Shown piece after piece: positions 44,196-55,649 of a stretch of 64,000 nt of DNA (positions within the stretch are counted from its first letter, which is position 1; each line of letters begins with the position of its first letter). Source of the stretch: Octopus sinensis (taxonomy: Eukaryota). Both the position numbers and the translations under genes were made by a program. The stretch lies in contig NW_021835975.1 of NCBI RefSeq assembly GCF_006345805.1, positions 1,655-65,654 on the forward strand, given 5' to 3'. The notes beneath the pieces were generated by a model, which saw only the letters and a list, made by a program, of their open reading frames with translations, was not told the origin of the DNA and made no database searches.

Positions 44196-44388
44196 TGGAA
44201 GGTGTTTGTAAGCCATTTAAGAAACACACAAAAGCCGTTCGATTCACTTCAACATTTAAGTTTAATTTGTCAAAATATTTTCGTCACGGTCTTAAAGCGA
44301 CGAAAATATTTTGACAAATTAAACTTGAATGTTGAAGTGAATCGAACGGCTTTTGTGTGTTTCTTAAATGGCTTATAAACACCTTCCA
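44196..44388. repeat. Near-perfect ~90-bp-arm inverted repeat (hairpin)
   Basis: tggaaggtgtttgtaagccatttaagaaacacac...ttttcgtc / gacgaaaa...gtgtgtttcttaaatggcttataaacaccttcca. Confidence 0.95.
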
Positions 44389-44521
44389 TGCTGCAATTGT
44401 TTTTGTTTCAGCACACAATTTCAGATCAAATCACTTGCTATGCAAGTACATCTCCATTATTAATGTATCGTATCTAAATAGAGTCTTCGTTAGGTGAGTG
44501 GATAGGGGTAGAATAGGTTTT

Positions 44522-44688
44522 CTTTTATTCTTTTACTTCAGTCACTTGACTGTGGCCATGCTGGAGCACCACCTTTAGTTGAACAAATCAACCGCAGGAC
44601 TTATTCTATTGTTCTCTTTTGCTGAAAAGCACACCAACATCAGTTGTCAAGCGAAGGTGAGAGGACAAACACAGACACACAAATACAT

Positions 44689-44730
<42 letters not shown>

Positions 44731-44898
44731 ATACACACAAATGACAGGCTTCTTTGAGTTTTCGTCTACCAAATCCACTCACAAGGCTTTGGTCAGCCCA
44801 AGGCTATAGTAGAAGACATTTGCCCAAGGTGCCACGCAGTGGGACTGAACATGGAACCATGTGGTTGCAAGTAAACTTATTGCCACATAGCCACTCCT
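44522..44898 (-). mobile_element. tRNA-SINE copy (intronic)
   Basis: Reverse complement of the 36272 family. Confidence 0.82.
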
Positions 44899-45589
44899 GG
44901 TTGGCCACAATGACCACAAATTTGTGATTGGCACAGTTGCTTTAGATAGGACATGTAGAGAAGGACCCAGTTACAGGAGCTTTAACACATCCTTACAAGC
45001 AGGCTAAGACCACAGAGACTGGATTAATGTATTAGTTAAGTGGCAGTTGATGGGGGCTATCACCAACAACCAGCGTTGGATTGTCCTAAAAAGGGCGATT
45101 AGAGTAGAATTGATAGTGTTTAGCAAAGAGCTTGCAACAGAAAAACATAGATTAGAGGGAAAACTAGTTTGCAATCTAGAAGAGGCAATTAGTAAAGGTG
45201 TTATAACCAACATGCTAGCATCGAGAATGGTCCTTGACTTTATCTCTGGAGTAAAAGGAAGCACATGTGGTCAGTTCGAGCAGAGATGGCAGTGAGCAAA
45301 GACGTGTTTATTCCTTGAGAGTGATTGCTTATTCCGCCGAGGTCAACAGGTAAGGCCTTTTGTATTTCTCACTCCCATTTACTTCTTTTTCTGTCACCCT
45401 TTTCCTCCATCACACTACATGCAGCTTCCTTGCAGCCTTTTGCACTGCTGTTTTAGGTGTGCAATGAATCAATGATGGTTGTAGACTTTAGTTGAAACCT
45501 GGACAGCCTGCTGTAGCTATCAGCAGTAGATGTGAGGTTCTACAAAAAGCCAATGATGGCCTCTGGAATATGGGAAGTGATGAGTGATT

Positions 45590-46070
45590 GAACAAGTCGC
45601 AAATATTGCAGATAGGGCCAAAAATGTCGCTAGAAGCTGGGATCACCAAGCATAGATTGGCATATTTCGGTCATATTATGCAGAGAAAATCCCTGGAGAA
45701 GGACATCATGCTCGGAATGGTCAGTGGCAAGAGAGGAAGAGGCCGACCAAGAACCCGCTGGCTTGACACCATCAAGAGTGATACCGGAATGGACATAGCC
45801 AATCTGAAAGAAGCGGCCCCGGATAGAACTGACTGGAGGACAGTGATCCAACGAGTAACCGAGAGTCAACTTCGACTGAGCGGATATATATATATATATA
45901 TACGGAATGGTCAGTGGCAAGAGAGGAAGAGGCCGACCAAGAACCCACTGGCTTGACACCATCAAGAGGGATACTGGAATGGACATAGCCAATCTGAAAG
46001 AAGTGGCCCAGGATAGAACTGACTGGAGGACACTGATCCAACGAGTAACCGAGAGTCAACTTCGACTGAG

Positions 46071-46119
<49 letters not shown>

Positions 46120-46292
46120 GGAATGGTCAGTGGCAAGAGAGGAAGAGGCCGACCAAGAACCCGCTGGCTTGACACCATCAAGAGTGATACCGGAATGGAC
46201 ATAGCCAATCTGAAGGAAGCAGTCCAGGATAGAACTGACTGGAGGACACTGATCCAATGAGTGACCGAGAGTCGACTTCGACTGAGCGGATG
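45590..46292 (+). mobile_element. RTE (BovB-like) LINE 3' end with its last ~170 bp triplicated and separated by (TA)n
   Basis: LAYFGHIM..SLEKDIMLG..SGKRGRGRPRTRWLD; repeats at ~45712, 45903, 46119. Confidence 0.85.
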
Positions 46293-47076
46293 GAGAGAGA
46301 GATATTGACTACCCTATGAATTCTATGAGTTCATGTTAGATTCATGTGGCAGCCTCTTGGCAAGTGTCCATCATAACTAGTAGCAGAACAGGAGAATTCT
46401 TAGTGCTGTTAGGATGGTGTGTGTTAACTCTGCTGAGGAAGAAGGTTGTCTACAAAGGGGACATGACAGGAAATTGTCGGTTCATAACTCCACTAAACAA
46501 AGAGTTAGCAAATACAAGAGATCATTATTGTTGTAAACATTGGCAAAAACACACCTTTAGTTCATATAAGTAATCTCTACCATTATATATAATTTAAACA
46601 TTAATTTTCTTTTTATATTTAACATTCACTAAAAAAAATATCCCCCCCTCTTTCCATAGGCTACTTCTGACGTTATATCATATAACATTTTTTCAAACAA
46701 TATTAATAGCGTTCAGTAAATCACTATACATATCCGTCATTTTCTGTTAAAATGTCTCATTGACAAGTTTCATTGCTTCACTTCCCTGAAGAGAAGATTA
46801 CATTGTTTTATACCATTTATTTCTTTGGAATAATTTGAATTATACCTGTGTTAAACTCCATTTATTTATATATATATATTATACAAAAAATTCCACATAA
46901 ACCCGAAGTTTTTACCTTTAAAAACAAGGAGTTATAACCTCTTTACTTGTGTGATTTTTTGCTGCCCTGGTAACTATTTATCTATTTTTTTCCGTGTTAA
47001 TTGTTAACAAGGGGAAAATACACTCATCTATTAGCCACTACACACATATTTTTGTCTCCTTGTTTTTTCTGTGTCC

Positions 47077-47112
47077 CTTTCTGTAGAAGAGCGTAGGCTC
47101 GAAACGTAAAAG
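47077..47112 (+). ncRNA. Degenerate minimal hammerhead-like motif in a Penelope-pLTR-like repeat (~47020-47205)
   Basis: cttt-CTGTAGA-a-gagc gtag gctc-GAAA-cg-TA-aaag; the core deviates from CUGANGA. Confidence 0.4.
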
Positions 47113-47254
47113 ACTTTTTCTATTCCTGAGCGTTATACTAATACATCTGTTTGTTGTCTACACCACCTGTCTTCGTCTTTTGTTTTTTTCGTAAACTCTC
47201 CCTATATCCTTGTTGCTTATTTTTGATTTTATATATTCTTTCTTTCTTTCTTTT

Positions 47255-47646
47255 TTCTTTTTTACTTGTTTCAGTCATTTGACTGCGGCCATGCTGGAGC
47301 ACCACCTTTAGTCGAGCAACTCGACCCCGGGACTTATTCTTTGTAAGCCCAGTACTTATTCTATCGGTCTCTTTTGCTGAACCGTTAAGTGACGGGGACG
47401 TAAACACACCAGCATCGGTTGTCAAGCAATGCTAGGGGGACAAACACAGACACACGCATATATATATATATACATATATATATACGATAGGCTTCTTTCA
47501 GTTTCCATCTACCAAATCCACTCACAAGGCATTGGTCGGCCCGGGGCTATAGCAGAAGACACTTGCCCAAGATGCCACGCAGTGGGACTGAACCCGGAAC
47601 CATGTGGTTGGTTAGCAAGCTACTTACCACACAGCCACCTCCTGTG
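47255..47646 (-). mobile_element. Full-length tRNA-SINE copy (intronic)
   Basis: Reverse complement of the 36272 family, head to tail. Confidence 0.88.
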
Positions 47647-48169
47647 CCTATTCATGTTGCATTTTTAAAAAAAAATCTCTGAGAGACGTAAGTTCTATGT
47701 CAATACAGCCAAAGTTTAAATTCTGACCAAAGAACAAAACAACCCCTCGATAGAACAACAACACCAAAGTCAGAGGCAGGAATGGTTGGCACAGTATGGC
47801 CAAATGGTCAACAGGTCCACTTTGCAATCACAAGGTCCCGCATTCAGTCTCACTGCAGAGCATCTGGGGGGGGGGGGCAAATGTCATTTTCTATTGACCA
47901 ATACCTTGAAGTGAGACTGAATAGATGGAAACTGTAGAGAAGCTTGTCAAGTGAATTCTACTTGTTCTAAACCGAGTCTTGCTGATTCTGTCTGAGAGCA
48001 ACTTGAACACTTGGACCCAGATCAATCAATCAATAAATAAATAATAATACTTTCTACCCAATGTTTCACTGGTACTTCTTTTATCGACCCCGAAAGGATT
48101 AAAGGCAAAGTTGACCTCAGCAGAATTTGAACTCAGGCCATAAAGGCCGAAGAAATGCTGCAAAACATT

Positions 48170-48202
<33 letters not shown>

Positions 48203-48635
48203 AATAAGCAACAAGGATATCCAGAGGTAATGCACGTAAGAGAACCATCCAAATGTGGCCGTTGCCAGCGCCGCCCCAACTGGCCTCTGTGCTGGTGGCA
48301 CGTAAAATGCACTATCCAATTGTGGCCATTGCCAGCCTCGTCTGGACCCCGTGTCGGTGGCACGTAAAAAGCACCATCCGATCGTGGCTGTTTGCCAGCC
48401 TCGTCTGGCACGTAAAAAGCACCCACTACACTCACGGAGTGGTTGGCGTTAGGAAGGGCATCCAGCTGTAGAAACACTGCCAGATCAGACTGGGCCTGGT
48501 GCCACCTTCTGGTTTCTCAGACCCCAGTTGAACCGTCCAACCCATGGAAAGCGGACGCTAAACGAAGATGCTGCTGATGATGATGATGATATATATATAT
48601 ATAATCAAAATAAGCAACAAGGATATCCAGAGGTA

Positions 48636-48724
48636 ATGCAGTACGATTGTTTCATGCAACTCTATTTAATTGAACAATGCAATTATTACATCAATTTAAA
48701 ATGTAGAGCAATCTTCAGCTGCAC
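48636..48724 (-). ncRNA. Type I hammerhead ribozyme motif (atypical)
   Basis: Minus strand gtgcag-CTGAAGA-[ttgctcta...aattgatgtaa taa ttgcattgttcaatt...tagagttgcat]-GAAA-caatcg-TA-ctgcat; 6-bp stem I; U-U at the base of stem II and one mismatch in stem III. Confidence 0.6.
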
Positions 48725-49069
48725 AAAGACCTAGAATTTAATTAAATTAGGACACATTAGTATAATTTTACCTATAATCTCCAAGAGGATAAGGAGATAG
48801 ACAAAGAACATGTTTTACCAACAACATCATAGTTGTAACTGAAATTTTTTTCAAGAAGACACTGCCTGTCACTGATTTTTCTGTCATTTTGTTTTTTTAT
48901 GGGGTCAGTTTTAATTTATAGACTAGTTGACTAGTTTAGCAAATCAAGAAGATTATTAAGAATGAGAATTTTAACAAAAAGGATACCACTTTTTTGAATA
49001 TTTTGAGTATATACCAAGTTTTTTTTACCACAATAGAGGGAGGAAAAAGAAAATTGCAAAGGGATACTT

Positions 49070-49475
49070 TTTTACTCTTTTACTTGTTTCAGTCATTTGA
49101 CTGCGGCCATGCAGGACTGAACCCGGAACCATATGGTTGGTAAACAAGCTACTTACCACACAGCCACTCCTACGCCTATATATATATAGCCTCAGGCCAA
49201 CCAAAGCCTTGTGAGTGGATTTGGTAGATGGAAACTGAAAGAAGCCTGTCGTATATATGTATGTGTGTGTATATGTTTGCGTCTGTGTTTGTCTACCCAA
49301 CATCGATTGATAACCGATGCTGGTGTGTTTACGTCCCCGTCACTTAGCGGTTCAGCAAAAGAGACCGATAGAATAAGTACTAGGCTTACAAAGAATAAGT
49401 CCTGGGGTCGATTTGCTCGACTAAAGTGGTGCTCCAGCATGGCCACAGTCAAAAGAGTAAAAGAGAGTAAAGAGT
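49070..49475. mobile_element. Rearranged tRNA-SINE pieces: minus 49070-49175, plus 49188-49475
   Basis: Sequence identity to the SINE family. Confidence 0.75.
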
Positions 49476-49860
49476 AATAATTTAAGAGCTCAAAAATTAG
49501 CTTCTTTAGTTTACTATGATCAGGGCTGAAACTCGGTATTAGTTGAAAAGATAACTTTTGAGAGTGACCCCTGACGTCGTCGGACTGCTTTCTACCGGGT
49601 ACTTGAAAAGCACCCATTGCGCACCGCCCGCCTTCCTTCACCGAGAAGAGACCCACATCACCACTTGCTAAATCAACTGAAAATCTAAGCTAGGCATTGT
49701 ACGTCGTTTCTTTTAAAACAAATCCAAGGGTTTGCCTTCCCCACTATAACCTGGATATCATTCATTATTGCTTTTGCTTCATGTTAACCCGTGTCTAGCG
49801 GCAACATACTCCTTGTACGTTAACCAGAGTTACTTCCACTTACTCTACTCGCGATGCGTA

Positions 49861-50549
49861 CCGTATATACCCGACTATAAAACACTCCCGACTTACAAGG
49901 TTCAAATCGGGAATTTTATCGTTGGCCCGACTATAAATCACAGAAACGTTTTTGATGTTGGAGGCAAGGTTCGATTAGGAATCGAACCAACATAGTTGCT
50001 GTTTGGCAACCGTGCTTTCAGTAAGCTGCAGATCTCTTAAAGCAACCGTTGTCCCATTAAATCCATGCATTTTAGAAACCGTTGTTTATAATGTAAACTT
50101 TTATCCTCTTTCAAACGCCAATCCCTGACCATTTTTCTGAGACCCCAAATTCTCTTTCTGCAGTTCGATTCGAATGAGACATCGTATATTCATCAACTTT
50201 CATACGAATTCTTCTTTCTCTTCTTGTTAACAATTAAAAGACAGGTACGATACAAAAACAAACAAACATTAAACTCGCTTTTCGAAAATTGTTTATTTCA
50301 TACTAAGAGAAGTAAAGAAATATATAAAGAAATATCTGGAGATTATCTTCCGTGTACTTCTTCGCTTCGGAATTAGCGATTTGCGTTTTTTTTTCCGGTT
50401 ATTCCAAGTGTCGAAAGTTCAGAGGTGGCTTGTACCTGGAAAATATCTGTAGATTTTTTTTTCTTTCTAGGATGCACTTATAATTCGCACCCCAAAATTT
50501 AGGTGAAAATTTTAGGGGCAAAGTGCGACTTATAGCCGAGTATATACGG
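49861..50549. mobile_element. Tc1/mariner-pogo type MITE (intronic)
   Basis: TIRs ccgtatatacccgactataa ... ttatagccgagtatatacgg; TA at the left flank. Confidence 0.75.
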
Positions 50550-51109
50550 CAGGTGCGTACAGAATGAAGAAAGCAAACATGAAGAGGCGAAACTAGTGCT
50601 ATACAACAAAACTTATCTCTTTTGCACATTTTCGAACACTGTCCAGGTCAGATAGATCCAAATGGACAATACTGACCATTTATCGATCAACACCAGTTGA
50701 AGAAAGTATTTCATCAACTGCCGTCTTCGTCTTCGTTAAGTTACGGCATGCTAAGATGACTCTGGCTCCTCGCGAGAGAAGATGTTCAACCGTTGCCTTT
50801 CCGATCCCCGAAGAAGCACCTGTAATTAGTACGGTTTTACCATCCATCCTAGCTTGGCTCTCATATTTTAATGTTTTACAATGGTATATTACGCATGATG
50901 AGAAATAAACACCCAATGCCACGCCGGCTAGTGATAATATATATATAATCATGATCGTTTAATTATTTCGTTTTGTTTGTTTTTTTAACTCATGCAATTC
51001 TCTTACGAAGGCGTGGCATACTAAAGATAAAAAATATGGGGTACCCGCTCTGTCGACAATGGAGGCTTCCTATTGGTTAAAATTACAACAGCATACGAGA
51101 CTTTAAACT

Positions 51110-51787
<678 letters not shown>

Positions 51788-51906
51788 GGCCGATCTGGGC
51801 TGTATCAGTGATGGCAACCCCAACACACTATATCGGACATAATCAAGCTATGTGAAGAATTTGGATAACATTACCCCCTTTGATGTTTGGGAATCTCTGA
51901 TTTTTT

Positions 51907-51990
51907 TCGGCTGATGAGTACGAGCCACCTATATTTACTGCATTTTTTGTAGCTTATTAAAGATGTCCTCGTACGAAACAATTGTACCGA
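51907..51990 (+). ncRNA. Type I hammerhead ribozyme motif in a TA-flanked repeat (~51788-52143)
   Basis: tcgg-CTGATGA-gtacgag...ctcgtac-GAAA-caattg-TA-ccga: intact core, 7-bp stem II, palindromic stem III (ACAATTGT), GUA cleavage triplet. Confidence 0.8.
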
Positions 51991-52644
51991 TATTTTAATC
52001 CATTCTTGTTGCTTTTTTCCTATTTGTAATCACCCCACTTTGTCGTATGGTTAACACCATATAGATTTCCGGTGCATCCTAGTTAAGGACCATATTCATG
52101 TGAATTCATTAGAACTGACTTGAATCTCAATTACTTAAACCGTATATATATATATATAAACTTAGATAAACTTAGATATGTTTCGACCAAAGATTGGTCC
52201 AGGCCATGTCTAACTTAATAGCACCACATGATAGGATAATCTAAATCCAGTTTAAGTCAAGTTTTGTTTATGGTCCATTCAAGTAGTGAGTTTTTGTTGG
52301 GTGAGTTGTATCCAATTATAGGTGGCTTATCTGGTATTCCTTGAAGGAATCTATCCAGACTCCGTTTAAAGTTGATGGGATCCTTTTCCTCTTTGATCTC
52401 CCTCGAGACAATGTTAAATAGGGCAGGGCTTGTTGAGGAAAAGAAATTATGTTGCAGTGTACATGTATGCTGTGATCTTGAATTGGGCAGGGGACGTATG
52501 ACCCATGGTCCCAGTCTTGGATGAACCTTGAAGCTAATGTTAAGGTCGTTTGGGCATGTATGTATATATATATATATATATATAATATATATATATATAT
52601 GTATGTGTATGTATGTATATATATATATATATATATATATTTAC

Positions 52645-52684
<40 letters not shown>

Positions 52685-52754
52685 GTATGTATAACAGCTG
52701 GCCGCATATCATCAAGTGACAGCTAAATTGTAATATTTTATGTATAAAATATTA

Positions 52755-53166
52755 CGCAGGAGTGGCTGTGTGGTAAGTAGCTTGTTACCAACCACATGGT
52801 TCCGGGTTCAGTCCCACTGCGTGGCACCTTGGTCAAGTGTATTCTACTATAGCCTCAGGCCGACCAAAGCCTTGTAAGTGGATTTGGTTGACGGAAACTG
52901 AAAGAAGCCCATCGTATATATGTATATATATATATATATGCGTGTGTATTTGTGTTTCTGTGTTTGACCCCCTAGCATTGCTTGACAACCGATGCTGGTG
53001 TGTTTATGTCCCCGTTACTTAGCGGTTCGGCAAAAGAGACTGGTAGAATAAGTACTGGGCTTACAAAAGAATAAGTCCTGGGGTTGATTTGCTTGACTAA
53101 AGGCGGTGCTCCAGCATGGCCGCAGTCAAATGACTGAAACAAGTAAAAGAGTAAAGAGTAAAGAGT
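52755..53166 (+). mobile_element. Full-length tRNA-SINE copy
   Basis: Head, core and tail all present. Confidence 0.88.
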
Positions 53167-53477
53167 ATGCTTTTCCATCCTATGATTACCCTATGTATCA
53201 GATAGTTTTATATAAATGAATTATAAATAAATAAGTAAAAAACATTTATAATTACTAATTAATAATTATAAATTATCATATAAGGATAAATAATAGCATT
53301 TTCTTAAATCTATAATAAAACCCATAATTTCATAAAAGTTTTGTTAATAATATAATTTTTGTCCAATAACTTGATCTTTACTTCACCTGACATTAAACAC
53401 GAGTCATTGATAGATATTCTCATGATAAGTAAATATAAATTTGGGTCTAAAAATTATAGAATTATAAAAAAATTTCA

Positions 53478-53883
53478 GATCTTTTCGGTTTGAACGGCAG
53501 TTTTTTCTAGCGGTGTCATATGAAATTGTCACCCATAATTATGACCCTAGTATCGATCTATTGCATTTCAATCTGTTTTAGGGTTTAGGGTTAGAGTATC
53601 GTTTTTTTCTTCACAAATATAAATAAACCCAAACTGTTTCTTAAACGAGGGTCATATTCATATGGCACAGAATGTTTTCACCTCAATAGACCTCATTGAT
53701 TGGTTGAAATTGCAGAAATTGAAGAAAAAAAAACAACAAATATCTTACAAACTATAGAATTTTCTCAATAAAGCCAAGAGAAAAAGATGTTTTATAAACA
53801 CATTCTACCAGTATACGAAGTTTAAAAGTGTTTAGTTACGTGGAAATTATTCTTAAAAACTGCTGTTCAAACCGAAAAGATCC
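53478..53883. mobile_element. GGATC-TIR MITE copy, opposite orientation to 27710
   Basis: Both TIRs present. Confidence 0.88.
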
Positions 53884-54504
53884 TTATTTTTATAATTTGT
53901 ATGTATCTATTTTATTATAAATGCAAAACAACACTCCCAGATGTAAGCTGAATAAAGCACGGTAGATGAACCGTGATATGGCGAGGTGTTACTGTATATA
54001 TATTAATACAGAGAGAGAGAATGTGGGGGAAAATGAAGTATGGTGTGAAAAATAGAATGAGAGAAGAAATAAAATTAAGAAAACGATGCTCCTTGTTCCT
54101 CCCTGATTACAGAAAGCTCGTTAAATAGAATTGCTTAAGAACGAAATAACAAGAAAATACATGATGGTGTGCAAGTCAGCAACTAAATGTGGAGCAGGTG
54201 GTGACCTACAATTCGATAAAAGAAACCCGGTTGTGTGTCTACACCAGCTAAAAATTACAGATCTCGAAATGCTGGATTGAAATTCGGGGGGAGGGGGACA
54301 TATTTATTACAATTGTTTATTGGTGAAGTTATGAAGCGTTGGGGGTGACTTTAGGGGTCAACGTAATCAGTAAGAGGAAGGGAAAAATGTGAAGAATGAA
54401 AGGAAGTAGTGGTCGAGAAGGGAAGAATATATGTGATTTCACACTGTGTGTAAGGATCCTGGCTGGCTTACTCATGCATTACACACTACAACACCCAGGT
54501 AACT

Positions 54505-55200
54505 TTAACCCTTTCGTCACTAACCCGGCTGAAACCGGCTCTGGCTCTTGAGTACAAATGTCTTTGTTTTCATATGTTTTGAATTAAAATCTTCCACTAA
54601 ACCTTAGTCACAATTTATGTTCCTAACACTAGCTTAAGGATAAGAAAGTTATTTTACTAAATTCTTTGTTATATTTAAAGTAATTGAAAGAAACACAGAA
54701 CATCTCAACAGAAATATGGTAACAAAAGGGTTAAAGTCACCATGATATTTTTAACCCTTTTGATACCAACTTGGCTGAAAGCATCTCTGGCTTTGTTGTA
54801 AAAATAAGTCCTGAATTAAAATCTTCCACTAAACCTTAGTCACAATTTATGTTCCTAACACTAGCTGAATGATAACTAAGTTATTTTACTAAATTCTTTG
54901 TTATATTTAAAATTAATTGAACAAAACACAGAACATCTCAACAGAAATATGGTAACAAAAGGGTTAAAGTCACCATGATATTTTTAACCCTTCTGATACC
55001 AACTTGGCTGAAAGCATCTCTGGCTTTGTTGTAAAAATAAGTCCTGAATTAAAATCTTCCACTAAACCTTAGTCACAATTTATGTTCCTAACACTAGCTG
55101 AATGATAACTAAGTTATTTTACTAAATTCTTTGTTATATTTAAAATTAATTGAACAAAACACAGAACATCTCAACAGAAATATGGTAACAAAAGGGTTAA
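54505..55200. mobile_element. Three tandem piggyBac-like MITEs (~215-230 bp each)
   Basis: Each is TTAA|CCCTT...AAGGG|TTAA (54505-54734, 54751-54967, 54984-55200). Confidence 0.8.
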
Positions 55201-55649
55201 ACAGTCACACACATTCATAATGCAAAATACACACCCACATACATACATTACAATATACACACACACACAGGTATTTAGATAAACCAGTGCACACACACAC
55301 ACATACATAAGCACGACAGTATAATTACACACGGAGACATTTAAACTAAAGCTATGCACATATACATCATCATCATCATCTTCATCATCGTTTAATATCC
55401 GTTTTCCGTGCTAGCACGGGTTGGACGGTTCGACCGGGGTCTGGGAAGCCAGGAGGCTGCACCAGGCTCTGGTCTGATCTGGCAGTGTTTATACAGTTGG
55501 ATGCCCTTCCTAACGCCAACCACTCCATGGGTGTAGTGGGTGCTTTTTACGTACCACCAACACGGAAGCCAGTCAACGGCCACGTACGGATGGTGCATTT
55601 TAGGTGCCAGGGGAGGCTGGCAATGGTCACGATCGGTTGGTGCTTTTTC

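Larger units (their letters stand above)
43443..50952 (-). pseudogene. Retinol dehydrogenase 11/12/13/14-like short-chain dehydrogenase/reductase. Exons 50952-50617 and 44108-43443 (~333 codons); premature TAA at 50682-50680 and AT instead of GT at the donor
   Basis: N-terminal hydrophobic anchor, MDGKTVLITGASSGIG (Rossmann TGxxxGxG), VILACRN, then after the stop MVSIVHLDLSDLDSVRKCAKE; exon 2 IIDTEKQLDVLINNAG...[32 protein letters not shown], catalytic YHLSK, NSMNPGYV; acceptor ttatag at 44114-44109. Confidence 0.85.

Noticed and set aside
52172-52212. Minus-strand gaccaa-tct-ttggtc-GAAA hairpin resembling a hammerhead
   Set aside because: No CUGANGA box upstream of the stem (catggcctg) and no convincing stem I or III
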